This document shows positions 52,492 through 64,000 of a stretch of DNA of 64,000 nucleotides, in pieces. The translations under genes were made by a program, and so were the position numbers. The notes beneath the pieces were generated by a model. The model made no database searches. It saw only the letters and a list, made by a program, of their open reading frames with translations, and was not told where the DNA came from. This DNA is from Pseudomonadota bacterium (GTDB taxonomy: Bacteria; Pseudomonadota; Alphaproteobacteria; Rhodospirillales; Magnetospirillaceae), in contig JAFAAW010000040.1 of assembly GCA_023426365.1 (NCBI GenBank), positions 2,814 through 66,813 on the forward strand, read 5' to 3'. The stretch's first letter is position 1. Each line of letters begins with the position of its first letter.

Positions 52492-53084
52492 TCCACCGGC
52501 TCGGTTTCGCGGACCGAGCGGCGGTTGTGGGTGGTGGTGTACCAATGGGCCAGATGCGGGCGGCCCTGGCGCCAGTCGCACACCTTGCGCAGGTCCAGAT
52601 AGGACAGCGCGGCCACCACGCTGATCGGACCGATCAGGAACACGCCACCCCAATGGCCCACATCCTTTTCCAGCGCGTCCAGGGCACGGCTGATGGCCGC
52701 CTGCTGGCGCTCGATCCAGCCGTTCCAGCGCTTTTCCTCGGGACGGATGGCGGTTTCCACGCGAATTTGCACGGCGGCGTCCAGGATGCCGTCGGCCAGG
52801 GCCTGTACGCGAAGCTGGCGGAACCGCTCGTGCGGCTCGTGCGGGAACAGCTTGTGGCCGGCATGCAGGCTGTCCAGGTATTCGCAGATGACCGGCGAAT
52901 CGAACAAGGTGTCGCCATTGTCCAGCACCAGGGTGGGCACCTTGGACAGCGGATTGTCGCCGACCAGATCGGTGTCCGGCGCCCAGGCGTTGGTCGGCAC
53001 CAGCTCCAGCTCGACCCCGCATTCGATGGCGGTCATGCGGACCTTGCGAACGAAGGGCGAGGTGGCGGAAGAACGCAGCTTCAT
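52488..53084 (-). CDS. Glutathione S-transferase family protein
   Basis: SPFVRKV, NPLSKVPTL, LFDSPVICEYLD, LADGILDAAV. Confidence 0.92.
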   Translation of the reverse strand: MKLRSSATSPFVRKVRMTAIECGVELELVPTNAWAPDTDLVGDNPLSKVPTLVLDNGDTLFDSPVICEYLDSLHAGHKLFPHEPHERFRQLRVQALADGILDAAVQIRVETAIRPEEKRWNGWIERQQAAISRALDALEKDVGHWGGVFLIGPISVVAALSYLDLRKVCDWRQGRPHLAHWYTTTHNRRSVRETEPVE

Positions 53085-53204
53085 CAATATCTCCGTCTGC
53101 TTCGATCGACCCCCCACAGGCCCTGGGGGGTCGAGGCAATGGCAACCACGGAGAATTGTAGCGGCGGTTTGGGCATCTGTCGCTATGCAACAAACCGCCG
53201 CCGC

Positions 53205-53654
53205 TCAGCGCGCCCCCGCCTTGGTCCGCACCGGCGCCATCGGCGCCGGCAGGCTGGCCAGATAGGCGGCCACCGCCTCGGCGTCGTCCTGGGTCATGCG
53301 CACCATGGGCATGGGCGGACGCGCGAAGCTGCCGTCCGGGCGCTCGCCGGTCTTGAGGAAGCGCACCATCTGGACGCGGGTCCAGCCGCGCGCCTGGGGG
53401 CCGGCGATGCCGGGGGCCTCCTCGGCCCAGTCGGGCACCATGGCGGTGGGGCGGAACTCCAGCACCATCCCGGCCAGCGGCTTGGCCAGATCGGGCTGCC
53501 CCATGGCGCCGCGCGGGGTGTGGCAATCGCCGCACATGGCGACGTTCTCCACCAGATAGCGTCCGCGCACGATCTGGCGATCGGACGCCTGCGCCGCCGC
53601 CGCCATCATGGCCGCCGCCACCACCGTGCCCAAGGTGCGTTCCCACATGACCAT
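53205..53654 (-). CDS. Periplasmic monoheme c-type cytochrome
   Basis: Signal peptide ending AQA, RGRYLV...CGDCHTPR, APGI, G.RPDG...PPMP, AVAAYL.SL; GGGAGG RBS. Confidence 0.88.
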   Translation of the reverse strand: MVMWERTLGTVVAAAMMAAAAQASDRQIVRGRYLVENVAMCGDCHTPRGAMGQPDLAKPLAGMVLEFRPTAMVPDWAEEAPGIAGPQARGWTRVQMVRFLKTGERPDGSFARPPMPMVRMTQDDAEAVAAYLASLPAPMAPVRTKAGAR

Positions 53655-53794
53655 CCTCCCGCGACTGTCGTCAGCCACAGATGGCCCTGTGCCGCCCCGC
53701 GCTTCGAGGCTGGCGTAACGACTAGGAGAACTGGCGCGGGCAGCGCGTTTTGCCTATACCAGGGCGTCCTTCACCACAGCGACCGTTGACCGCC

Positions 53795-54448
53795 ATGCCC
53801 GCCGCCGCCGCCAACACCAAAGCCGTCATCGATGCCGTCCGCCTGCTGGCGGACAGGGGCCTGAACCAGGGGGCGTCGGGCAACGTGTCGGTGCGAGACG
53901 GCGACGGCTTCGTCATCACCCCGTCGGGGGTGGCGGCCGACCGCCTCGAGCCAGCGCAACTGGTGCGCATGGACATGGCGGGCGCCTGGTCGGGCGCGTG
54001 GAAGCCGTCCAGCGAATGGCGCTTCCACCGCGACATCTATGCCGCCCGCCCGGATGCCGGCGCGGTGGTGCATTGCCATTCGCCGGCCGCCACCGCGCTG
54101 GCGGTGCTGGGCCGGCCGTTGCCGGCCTTTCATTACATGATCGCCATTGCCGGCGGCGCCGACGTGCGCTGCGCGCCCTATGCCACCTTCGGCACCCAGG
54201 CGCTGTCGGACGGCGCGGTGGCGGCGTTGGACGGCCGGCGCGCCTGCCTGCTGGCCCATCACGGCATGATCGCGCTCGGCCGCGACCTGGGCCAGGCGCT
54301 GGACGTGGCCGTCGAGGTGGAGTTCCTGGCCGATCTTTACCTGCGGCTGCTGCCGCTGGGCGAGCCGCCGGTCCTGCCGGACGAGGAGATGGGGGTGGTG
54401 CTGGAGAAGTTCAAAAGCTACGGCGCCAACGCCCAACAGCGGGACTGA
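53795..54448 (+). CDS. Class II aldolase/adducin family protein (FucA/Ald2-like)
   Basis: GNVSVR, ITPSG, PSSEWRFH, VVHCHS, HYMIA.AGG, YATFGT..LS, LLAHHG. Confidence 0.92.
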   Translation: MPAAAANTKAVIDAVRLLADRGLNQGASGNVSVRDGDGFVITPSGVAADRLEPAQLVRMDMAGAWSGAWKPSSEWRFHRDIYAARPDAGAVVHCHSPAATALAVLGRPLPAFHYMIAIAGGADVRCAPYATFGTQALSDGAVAALDGRRACLLAHHGMIALGRDLGQALDVAVEVEFLADLYLRLLPLGEPPVLPDEEMGVVLEKFKSYGANAQQRD

Positions 54449-54461
54449 GCGCGCCCGCCCC

Positions 54462-56618
<2,157 letters not shown>

Positions 56619-56691
56619 GCGTACAGCTTACAGTGAAGTACGCACAAAATGAAGCGATGGATCGGCGGAGACGATATACCGCCATTGACCA

Positions 56692-58371
56692 TTAAGCGCT
56701 GCGCACGTCGTCCAGGAATACTTTGACTGCGTCGTCCAGCACACCGGACAGGTCGCGCATGTGGTCGGCGGCGCCATAGACGCCATGGGCCAAGCGGCCG
56801 GTTTCGGCCGCCGCCGCCGCCACCTCGGCGATGTTGGCGGCCACCAGGGCGGTTCCCTGCGATGCCTGGTCGATGTTGCGGGCGATCTCGGCGGTGGCCG
56901 CGCCCTGCTCCTCGACCGCGCCGGCGATGGCGGTGCTCAACTCGTCGATGCGCGCGATCGTGCGGGAGATGCCCAGGATGGCGGTGACCGCGCCCTCGGC
57001 CTCGGTCTGGACGGCGCCGATCTGCTGGGCGATCTCGTCGGTGGCGCGCGCGGTCTGGGTGGCCAGGCTTTTCACCTCGCCCGCCACCACGGCGAAGCCC
57101 TTGCCGGCCTCGCCGGCGCGCGCCGCCTCGATGGTGGCGTTCAGGGCCAGAAGGTTGGTCTGCTGGGCGATGTCGTTGATCAGCGTCACCACCTCGCCGA
57201 TGCGGTTGGCCGCCTGGGCCAGGCCGGAGACGCGGGCGTTGGTCTGCTCGGCCTCGCGCGTGGCGGCCTGGGCGATGGCGGTGGCGGCCTGCACCTGCTT
57301 CGAGATTTCCTGGATCGACGCCGACAATTCCAGGCTGGCCGAAGACACGGTCTGGACGTTGCCGGTGGCCTGTTCGGTGGCCGCCGACACCAGCATGCTG
57401 CGTTCCTCGGTCTGGCGGGCATTGCCGGTCAGGGTCTGGGCCGAGCCGTGCAACTGGCCGACCGCCGACGATATCTGCGCCAGCAGGTCGGCGACGACGC
57501 CGTCGAAGCGCTGGGTCGCGGCGGCGACCCGGGCCTGCCGCGCCTCGCGCGCGGCCACCTCCCGCCTTTCGCGTTCCTGGGCCTCGCGCGCGGTGATGAT
57601 GCCGCGCCGCCAATTGTCGATGGCCGCCGCCAGGGGCGCGATCTCGTTGCGGTCCTGGGCGCCGTCCACTTGGACGTCCACGTCGCCGGCGGCCAGCGAC
57701 TGCACCACGCCGTTCAGCGCGGCGACCGGCCGGGTGATCGACGCCTGCACCAGCCAGCCGGCCAGGCTGGCCGCCACGGCGGCGATCGCCACCACCGCGA
57801 TGGTGCCCCATTTGCGCGCCGCATAGGCTTCCGAATAGATGTCGTATTCATGCCTGGCGACGTTCAACTGCACCTCGATCAGCGCGCTGATGCCGTCGGA
57901 CACCGGATCGATCACCGGGTAAAGCTGGGTTGCGGTGAAGGCGCGCAGGCCCGCGATGTCGCCGCCGGCCAGCAACCCGCGCAATGTCGCCACCTGGGCG
58001 TTGGCGCGCACCATGGCCGGCTCCAGTTCGGCGATCAGGCGCTTTTCCTCGGTGGCCAGATGGGTGGCCAGATAGGCGCGCCATTTGGCCTCGATGGCGG
58101 TTTGCGCCTCATCGACGGCCCGCACCGCCTCGGCCGGGGACACGGCGCCGTCGCGCGCCTTGTGCGAGGTATCGACGATGTTGACCGCGTACATGTCGGC
58201 GATCTGCTTGAGATCGCGCAGCGGCACCACCCGGTCCTGATAGACCGAGGACAGGGCGCCGTTGCCGTGGGCCATGCCCTGGATGCCCATCACGCCAACC
58301 GCCAGCAGGACCGCCACCAGTGACGCGAGCAAGGCGAAAAGCCGGATGCTGATCTTGACGTTGCGCAACAT
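56692..58371 (-). CDS. Methyl-accepting chemotaxis protein (four-helix sensor, HAMP)
   Basis: Two TM segments, [50 protein letters not shown]. Confidence 0.96.
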   Translation of the reverse strand: MLRNVKISIRLFALLASLVAVLLAVGVMGIQGMAHGNGALSSVYQDRVVPLRDLKQIADMYAVNIVDTSHKARDGAVSPAEAVRAVDEAQTAIEAKWRAYLATHLATEEKRLIAELEPAMVRANAQVATLRGLLAGGDIAGLRAFTATQLYPVIDPVSDGISALIEVQLNVARHEYDIYSEAYAARKWGTIAVVAIAAVAASLAGWLVQASITRPVAALNGVVQSLAAGDVDVQVDGAQDRNEIAPLAAAIDNWRRGIITAREAQERERREVAAREARQARVAAATQRFDGVVADLLAQISSAVGQLHGSAQTLTGNARQTEERSMLVSAATEQATGNVQTVSSASLELSASIQEISKQVQAATAIAQAATREAEQTNARVSGLAQAANRIGEVVTLINDIAQQTNLLALNATIEAARAGEAGKGFAVVAGEVKSLATQTARATDEIAQQIGAVQTEAEGAVTAILGISRTIARIDELSTAIAGAVEEQGAATAEIARNIDQASQGTALVAANIAEVAAAAAETGRLAHGVYGAADHMRDLSGVLDDAVKVFLDDVRSA

Positions 58372-58557
58372 GACGTTCCCCCACGTGATCGTTCGGGCGC
58401 AGCCCGAGGCACGCCTTTCGACTGAGGGTTCACGATATTGCGCCGGCGACCGCGATCAAATTGCGCAGGAGTGTGAAAGGGATGGCGCCGCCCTGCGCAT
58501 CCGTAGGAGTACGCAATACTTTCGTACAGGTCCGACCTAGACCTTCCGCCTTGGATC

Positions 58558-59106
58558 TCAATCCTCCAGCAGGCCGGTGGGGGCGCCGTCGAAACTGACT
58601 AGGTTGCGGTCGCGGTGGTAGCGGGCGATGCCCTCCTCGCCCTTGCGCCCGGCCCATTCCGGCAGCATGGTGCGCTGGCCCACCAAATCCATCAGCGGCA
58701 CGCCGAATCCGCACGAGGTGTTGACGCTGTCCACCTCGACCACCACCACCTGGCGGGCGGCGGGATGGGGCGCAAACAGCGCCAGCAGGTCCGCCCATTC
58801 GCCGTCGCGCGCATGCACCGCCCGCGCCCTGCCGTACAGGCGCAGGATCTTGGGCGCCCCCGCGAAGGCGCAGAACATCAGGGTGATGCGGTCGTCCTGG
58901 CGCAGGTGGGCGGCGGTTTCGTTGCCCGAGCCGGTCAGGTTGAGAAAGGCGACCCGGTTCGGTCCCAGCACCTTGAAACAGCCGTCCAGCCCCTTGGGGC
59001 TGAGGTTGATGCGGCCGGATTTCGGCGCGGTGGCGACGAAGAACATGGGCTGCGCCGCGATGAAGGCGGCGTGGTCGTCATTGATGGATTCATAGAATTT
59101 GGCCAT
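58558..59106 (-). CDS. Pyridoxamine 5'-phosphate oxidase-like FMN-binding protein
   Basis: FI..QPMFFVATAP..G.INLSPKG, LTGSGNETAAHL, MFCAF.G.P.ILRLYG, TSCGFGVP. Confidence 0.9.
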   Translation of the reverse strand: MAKFYESINDDHAAFIAAQPMFFVATAPKSGRINLSPKGLDGCFKVLGPNRVAFLNLTGSGNETAAHLRQDDRITLMFCAFAGAPKILRLYGRARAVHARDGEWADLLALFAPHPAARQVVVVEVDSVNTSCGFGVPLMDLVGQRTMLPEWAGRKGEEGIARYHRDRNLVSFDGAPTGLLED

Positions 59107-59148
59107 GGTGGCTCCTCTCGCGTACCGCCCATAGCATAGGGACGCCCC

Positions 59149-59520
59149 ATGCCGCAGATCACCGTGGAATATTCCCAGGTCCTGGGCGACGCCTTCGACC
59201 GCCGCGCATTCGCGCTGGCGCTGCATGCGCTGGCGGCCCCGATGATCGGCAGCAGGCTTTCCAGCTTCAAGACCCGCTTCTACGCCATCGACGGGGGGGT
59301 GATCGGCGACGGCGCCGACGGCCACGCCATGGTGCATGTGGATTTTCGCCTGCTGTCGGGGCGGCCGCCCGCGCTGAAGCGGCAATTGGGCGAGGCGGTG
59401 CTGGCGCTGGCCCGCGCCCAGGTGGCGCCGCAGGCCGGGCTGGACATCCAGGTGACGGTGGAGATCCGCGATCTCGACCGCCCCCATTACCACAAGGCGG
59501 TGGTCGCGGCCGATCAGTAG
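59149..59520 (+). CDS. 5-carboxymethyl-2-hydroxymuconate isomerase-like tautomerase
   Basis: N-terminal (M)PQITVEYS with catalytic Pro, KTRF, VHV...LLSGR...K. Confidence 0.82.
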   Translation: MPQITVEYSQVLGDAFDRRAFALALHALAAPMIGSRLSSFKTRFYAIDGGVIGDGADGHAMVHVDFRLLSGRPPALKRQLGEAVLALARAQVAPQAGLDIQVTVEIRDLDRPHYHKAVVAADQ

Positions 59521-59939
59521 CCCCGCATGCGCAGAACGTGCGATTTGTAGCGCATGTCGGTGCCGGCCAGATGCTCGACCAGGGCGACGAACAGGCGCTT
59601 GACGATGAAGCGCCATTGCTCGATGTCGTCGCTGGTCAGCAGCATGCCTTCCACCGCCGACACCGAGGCCAGCAGCGCCTGGTGCTCGGCCCGGTGTTCC
59701 TCCAACCCGTGAAAGGCGATGCGGGCGAGCATGGCCTCCTCGTCCCGGAAATGCACCAGCAGGGCGGCATAGAACGAGCGGTAGAAGGCGATCACCGCCT
59801 CGCGGCCGGCGCCCAGGTCCAACGCCTCGGCCACGGCGGCGATGTCGCGGAAGAACGCCTTGTGCTGGCCGTCGATCAGCGGGTCGCCCACCGTGAACGC
59901 CTCTTTCCAGCACGCCTTGAACTGTTCGCCGAACTCCAT
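59514..59939 (-). CDS. Single-domain bacteriohemerythrin
   Basis: W...F.VG...ID.QH, HFRDEE, HRAEH and HLAGTD give a full di-iron ligand set. Confidence 0.9.
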   Translation of the reverse strand: MEFGEQFKACWKEAFTVGDPLIDGQHKAFFRDIAAVAEALDLGAGREAVIAFYRSFYAALLVHFRDEEAMLARIAFHGLEEHRAEHQALLASVSAVEGMLLTSDDIEQWRFIVKRLFVALVEHLAGTDMRYKSHVLRMRGY

Positions 59940-60028
59940 CCGCACCGCTCTCTCCCCCCTGTCGTCCGGGCAAGCTAGGCGCGCCTGCGGTGGCAGGGCT
60001 GTGACCACGGTCAATCGCCGCCCATACG

Positions 60029-60062
60029 AAAAGGGGCGCCCCGTTCGCACGGAGCGCCCCTT
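60029..60062 (-). terminator. Intrinsic terminator after ychF
   Basis: Minus strand AAGGGGCGC-TCCGTGCGAACGGG-GCGCCCCTT followed by TT. Confidence 0.75.
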
Positions 60063-60090
60063 GACGAAGCCGCCTGCGGCGAAAGTCGGG

Positions 60091-61194
60091 TCAGACGTTG
60101 AAGCGGAAATGGAAGATGTCGCCGTCCTGGACCACGTATTCCTTGCCTTCCAGGCGCATCTTGCCGGCTTCCTTGGCCCCCGCCTCGCCGCCCAGCGCGA
60201 TGAAATCGGCATAGGCGATGGTTTCAGCGCGGATGAAGCCCTTTTCGAAATCGGTGTGGATGACGCCGGCGGCCTGGGGCGCCTTGGCGCCCTTCTGCAC
60301 GGTCCAGGCGCGCGCCTCCTTGGGGCCGACGGTGAAGAAGGTGATCAGGTGCAGCAGGTCGTAGCCGGCGCGGATCACGCGGGCAAGGCCGGTCTCTTCG
60401 AGACCCAGGGTCTCAAGGAATTCCGCCTTTTCCTCGTCGCTGCCGAGCTGGGCGATTTCGGACTCGATGGCGGCCGAGATCACCACGGCCTTGGCGCCTT
60501 CCCGGGCGGCCATCTCGAACACGCGCTGGGACAGGGCGTTGCCGGCGGCGGCCGAGCTTTCCTCGACGTTGCAGGCATAGACCACCGGCTTCGAGGTCAG
60601 CAGGCCCAACTGCTTGAAGATGCGGGTCTGCTCGTCGTCGTCGAAGGCGACGGTGCGGGCCGGCTTGCCGTCGCGCAGCGCGGCAAGGACGGGCGTCATC
60701 ACGTCGATCTGGGCCTTGGCTTCCTTGTCGCCGTTCTTGGCCTTCTTCTCCAAGGGCACGATGCGGCGTTCGAGCGAGTCGAGGTCGGACAGCATCAGTT
60801 CGGTCTCGATGATCTCGGCGTCGCGCACCGGGTCCACCGAATCCTCGACATGCTTGATGTCGTCATCCTCGAAGCAGCGCAGCACGTGGACGATGGCGTC
60901 CACCTCGCGGATGTTGGCCAGGAACTGGTTGCCCAGGCCCTCGCCCTTGGATGCGCCGCGCACCAGGCCGGCGATGTCCACGAATTCCAGTTGGGTCGGG
61001 ATTTCCTTCTGGCTCTTGGCGATCTTCACCAGTTCGTCCAGGCGCGGGTCGGGCACGGCGACGCGGCCCACGTTGGGTTCGATGGTGCAGAACGGATAAT
61101 TGGCCGCCTGCGCCGCCGCCGTCTGGGTCAGCGCGTTGAACAGCGTGCTCTTGCCGACGTTGGGCAGGCCGACGATGCCGCAATTGAAACCCAT
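60091..61194 (-). CDS. ychF: Redox-regulated ATPase YchF
   Basis: [67 protein letters not shown]. Confidence 0.98.
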   Translation of the reverse strand: MGFNCGIVGLPNVGKSTLFNALTQTAAAQAANYPFCTIEPNVGRVAVPDPRLDELVKIAKSQKEIPTQLEFVDIAGLVRGASKGEGLGNQFLANIREVDAIVHVLRCFEDDDIKHVEDSVDPVRDAEIIETELMLSDLDSLERRIVPLEKKAKNGDKEAKAQIDVMTPVLAALRDGKPARTVAFDDDEQTRIFKQLGLLTSKPVVYACNVEESSAAAGNALSQRVFEMAAREGAKAVVISAAIESEIAQLGSDEEKAEFLETLGLEETGLARVIRAGYDLLHLITFFTVGPKEARAWTVQKGAKAPQAAGVIHTDFEKGFIRAETIAYADFIALGGEAGAKEAGKMRLEGKEYVVQDGDIFHFRFNV

Positions 61195-61196
61195 GG

Positions 61197-61952
61197 TCAG
61201 TCCTTTTTCCGTGCAAGGGCCGCCCGCAGCGCATCGGCGATGGCGCCGCCCGCAGAAGGCGTGGTGGTGGAGGTGGGGGCAGAAACGGGAGCCGCCTGCG
61301 CGGCGGCCGGTTTCGGCGCCTCGGCGGGCTTGCCCTGTGTCTGTGGTTTCTGGTCGGCCGCCTTCGCGGCCTTCGGGGGCTTGGGCGGCGCGGTCAGCAC
61401 GCTCACCCGGTTCATGAAGCCGGCCTCGTCGCCCTTGAGCAGGAGCGGCAGGGCGTCGGCGACGGCGTCGATCAGGGGGTCGAGCCAGACCTGCTCGGCC
61501 TTGGCGAAATCGTGCAGCACATAACCGGCCACCCGATCCTTGTCGCCGGGATGGCCGATGCCGAGACGGACCCGGCGATAATTCTGGCCCAGATGCTGGT
61601 CGATGCTCTTGAGGCCGTTATGGCCGCCCGCGCCGCCGCCGCGCTTCACGCGCAGCCGGCCGGGAGGCAGGTCAAGCTCGTCGTGGATCACCACCACGTC
61701 CTCGACCGGCACCTTGAGGAACCGCGCCGCCGCCGCCACCGATTGACCCGACAGGTTCATGTAGGTCATGGGCTTCAGCACCAGCACCTTGGTGCCGGCG
61801 ATGGTGCCTTCGGCCATTTCACCCTGGAATTTGGAACGCCAGGGGCCAAAGGAATGGCGGCGGACGAGTTCGTCCGCCGCCATGAAGCCGATATTGTGAC
61901 GGTTCCTGGCGTATTCGGTCCCGGGATTGCCGAGGCCAACGACCAGGATCAT
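61197..61952 (-). CDS. pth: Peptidyl-tRNA hydrolase with a low-complexity C-terminal extension
   Basis: [47 protein letters not shown]. Confidence 0.97.
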   Translation of the reverse strand: MILVVGLGNPGTEYARNRHNIGFMAADELVRRHSFGPWRSKFQGEMAEGTIAGTKVLVLKPMTYMNLSGQSVAAAARFLKVPVEDVVVIHDELDLPPGRLRVKRGGGAGGHNGLKSIDQHLGQNYRRVRLGIGHPGDKDRVAGYVLHDFAKAEQVWLDPLIDAVADALPLLLKGDEAGFMNRVSVLTAPPKPPKAAKAADQKPQTQGKPAEAPKPAAAQAAPVSAPTSTTTPSAGGAIADALRAALARKKD

Positions 61953-61954
61953 GG

Positions 61955-62557
61955 TCAGCCGGCCTGCTCGCCCTCGGTGGCCGGGGCGACGGTCGGGGCG
62001 CCGATCGACACCACGGTGCCCTGGGCGGCCATGTGGTACGGGGTCACGCCGGCCGGCAGGTTCAGCTCGTTCACGTGAACGGCGGCGCCGATGTCCATGC
62101 CGGTCAGATCGATGACGATCTCGGCCGGGATGTTGTCGGGCGAGCAGGTCACCTCGATCTCGTGCAGCTCGATGCTGACCACGCCGCCGCGCTTGACGCC
62201 CGGGGCCTTGTCGGCATTGGCGACGTGCACCGGCACCTTGACGTGCACGACGGCGTCGGCCGAAACGCGCAGGAAGTCGATGTGCTGGGGCTGGTCGTTC
62301 ACGGGGTGGAACTGGATGTCGCGAGCGAGGCAACGCTCCTTCGAACCGTTCCCCAGGTCGATGTCGAACAGACGGGTCTTGAAGCCCGGCTTGTTCAGCT
62401 CGGCCCAGATGACGCGGGGGTCGAGGGCGATGGTGACGGGAGCCTGCTTGGCACCGTAAATCACACCGGGAACCTTGCCTTCACGGCGAGTGGCACGGGC
62501 GGCCCCCTTTCCGGCCCGATCGCGCAGCTCGGCGACGATGGCGCTGATCTCAGTCAT
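61955..62557 (-). CDS. rplY: 50S ribosomal protein L25 / Ctc
   Basis: [27 protein letters not shown]...HIDFLR, PGVKRGG; conserved rplY-pth-ychF order. Confidence 0.97.
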   Translation of the reverse strand: MTEISAIVAELRDRAGKGAARATRREGKVPGVIYGAKQAPVTIALDPRVIWAELNKPGFKTRLFDIDLGNGSKERCLARDIQFHPVNDQPQHIDFLRVSADAVVHVKVPVHVANADKAPGVKRGGVVSIELHEIEVTCSPDNIPAEIVIDLTGMDIGAAVHVNELNLPAGVTPYHMAAQGTVVSIGAPTVAPATEGEQAG

Positions 62558-62698
62558 TCTGTCTCTCCATAACACGAAGAGGCGCGGCCTCCAGGGGTGC
62601 CGCGCCGAAGCGGCTGGAATACACGTTCACCCGCCCGAATTCAACCCGAATCGGACTTGGGTTGCGCCGCTGCACGGTTCGGGAGTAAGCCTGTTGCC

Positions 62699-63310
62699 AT
62701 GACCGATACGAACGCGCCCACCGACCGCCTGTCCCGCCAGTTGGCGTTTTCGCTGGAGCTGGACAAGCTCAAGACCATCCTGCGCCAGACGCTGCTGACC
62801 GATGGCTCGCGCCGCGAGAACGACGCCGAGCATTCCTGGCACGTGGCCATGATGGCGGTGCTGCTGGCCGAATACGCGCCCGCGGGCGCCGATCCCCTGC
62901 GCGCCAGCCGCATGTTGCTGTTCCACGACGTGGTCGAGATCGACGCCGGCGACACCTTCATCCACGACGAGGCGGGCAACCAGGACAAGGCCGCCCGCGA
63001 ACAGGCCGCCGCCGACCGCCTGTACGGCATGCTGCCGGCCGACCAGGGCGCCGAGCTGCGCGCGCTGTGGCAGGAATACGAGGACCGCGCCACCCCCACC
63101 GCCCGCTTCGCCGACGCGCTGGACCGGCTGCAGCCCATCATGAACAACTTCGCGACCGAGGGCGGCACCTGGAAGCCGCACGACGTCAGCGCCGACAAGG
63201 TGCTGAAGCTGGTGGACCGCATCCGCGCCGGCGCGCCCGCCCTGGGCGATTACGCCGAGACCCTGGTGCACGAGGCGGTGCGCCGCGGCTATCTGGTCCC
63301 CGCCCGCTGA
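62699..63310 (+). CDS. HD-domain protein (HDDC2/YfbR-like phosphohydrolase)
   Basis: DKLK...R, RENDAEHSWH, HDVVEIDAGDT, LWQEYE, ARFA.ALDRLQP. Confidence 0.9.
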   Translation: MTDTNAPTDRLSRQLAFSLELDKLKTILRQTLLTDGSRRENDAEHSWHVAMMAVLLAEYAPAGADPLRASRMLLFHDVVEIDAGDTFIHDEAGNQDKAAREQAAADRLYGMLPADQGAELRALWQEYEDRATPTARFADALDRLQPIMNNFATEGGTWKPHDVSADKVLKLVDRIRAGAPALGDYAETLVHEAVRRGYLVPAR

Positions 63311-63350
63311 CCGACCACACCCTGCCCGCCCCCGCCCCAGGAACAGCCCG

Positions 63351-64000
63351 ATGACCGCCGCTCTCACCGACCACGCCGTCCGTTCCGACCTGGACCTCCA
63401 GGACGTCGTGCGCCGTATCCTCACCTCGGCCGTGTACGAGGTGGCGGTGGAAACGCCGCTGGACCGCATGGTGCAGCTTTCCACCCGGCTGGGCACCGAC
63501 GTGCTGCTCAAGCGCGAGGATCTGCAGCCGGTGTTCTCGTTCAAGATCCGGGGCGCCCACAACCGCATCAAGGCGCTGAGCGCCGAGGAGCGCGCGCGCG
63601 GCGTCATCTGCGCGTCGGCCGGCAACCACGCCCAGGGCGTGGCGCTGTCGGCCAACCGCCTGGGCGTGCGCGCGGTCATCGTCATGCCCACCACCACCCC
63701 CACCATCAAGGTGCGCAGCGTGGCCCGGCTGGGCGGCGAGGTGGTGCTGTTTGGTGACAATTTCGACGCCGCCCGCGCCCATGCCACCGAGCTGGCGGCG
63801 CGCGACGGGCTGGTTTTCGTGCATCCCTTCGACGATGCGGATGTGATCGCCGGCCAGGGCACCATCGGCATGGAATTGCTGCGCCAGCAGCCGGGGGCGA
63901 TCGGCGCCATCTACGTGCCCATCGGCGGCGGCGGGCTGGCGGCCGGGGTGGCCGCCTATGTGAAGTTCCTGCGCCCCGACATCAAGGTGTTCGGCGTCGA
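63351..64000 (+). CDS. ilvA: Biosynthetic threonine ammonia-lyase (3' end runs off the window)
   Basis: Not in the ORF track because it is truncated. From ATG 63351: ...ILTSAVYEVAVETPL...KREDLQPVFSFKIRGA.N...ASAGNHAQGVA...HPFDD..VIAGQGTIG...PIGGGGL. Confidence 0.96.
   Translation, partial: MTAALTDHAVRSDLDLQDVVRRILTSAVYEVAVETPLDRMVQLSTRLGTDVLLKREDLQPVFSFKIRGAHNRIKALSAEERARGVICASAGNHAQGVALSANRLGVRAVIVMPTTTPTIKVRSVARLGGEVVLFGDNFDAARAHATELAARDGLVFVHPFDDADVIAGQGTIGMELLRQQPGAIGAIYVPIGGGGLAAGVAAYVKFLRPDIKVFGV

Noticed and set aside
58372..58557. c-di-GMP riboswitch or FNR site upstream of the MCP gene
   Set aside because: No GEMM core motif is visible, and only one FNR half-site (TTGAT) matches.
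59149..59939. Convergent 7-bp overlap of the tautomerase and hemerythrin genes
   Set aside because: Short tail-to-tail overlaps are common, and the hemerythrin has an ordinary complete ligand set.

Overview
GC-rich (~70%) chromosomal window from an alphaproteobacterium. Gene content and order are consistent with a Magnetospirillum-like member of the Rhodospirillales (inference; no magnetosome genes are present). It is mostly core and housekeeping DNA: otsA, rnhA-thrB, ispH, map, a tandem glycine riboswitch with gcvT-H-PA-PB, lepA, tRNA-Ser(GGA), rpmI-rplT-pheS-pheT, ubiA, gloB, mtnA/mtnP, petABC, trmL, thrC, rplY-pth-ychF and ilvA, interspersed with signalling genes (two hybrid histidine kinases, an MCP, an EAL protein, receivers, a PAS-LuxR protein). 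I see no integrase, transposase, prophage or CRISPR array, and no large novel multi-gene system that I can support. The most interesting signals are small: (1) a chimeric regulator with a degenerate Fur/Irr-like winged helix fused to an ArsR domain, directly behind a near-perfect Fur box; (2) a 22-bp motif shared at the same position upstream of otsA and an RTX-repeat gene; (3) two diverged copies of a 110-131 bp MITE-like repeat, one supplying the stop codon of the chimeric regulator; (4) two tiny Cys-rich ORFs, one inserted between mtnP and mtnA; (5) a receiver with an unrecognised N-terminal domain; (6) a divergent ATP-synthase zeta-like protein; (7) a split mtnP-mtnA / class II aldolase set that could form a DHAP shunt. 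All calls come from motif recognition by eye; no database searches were run.
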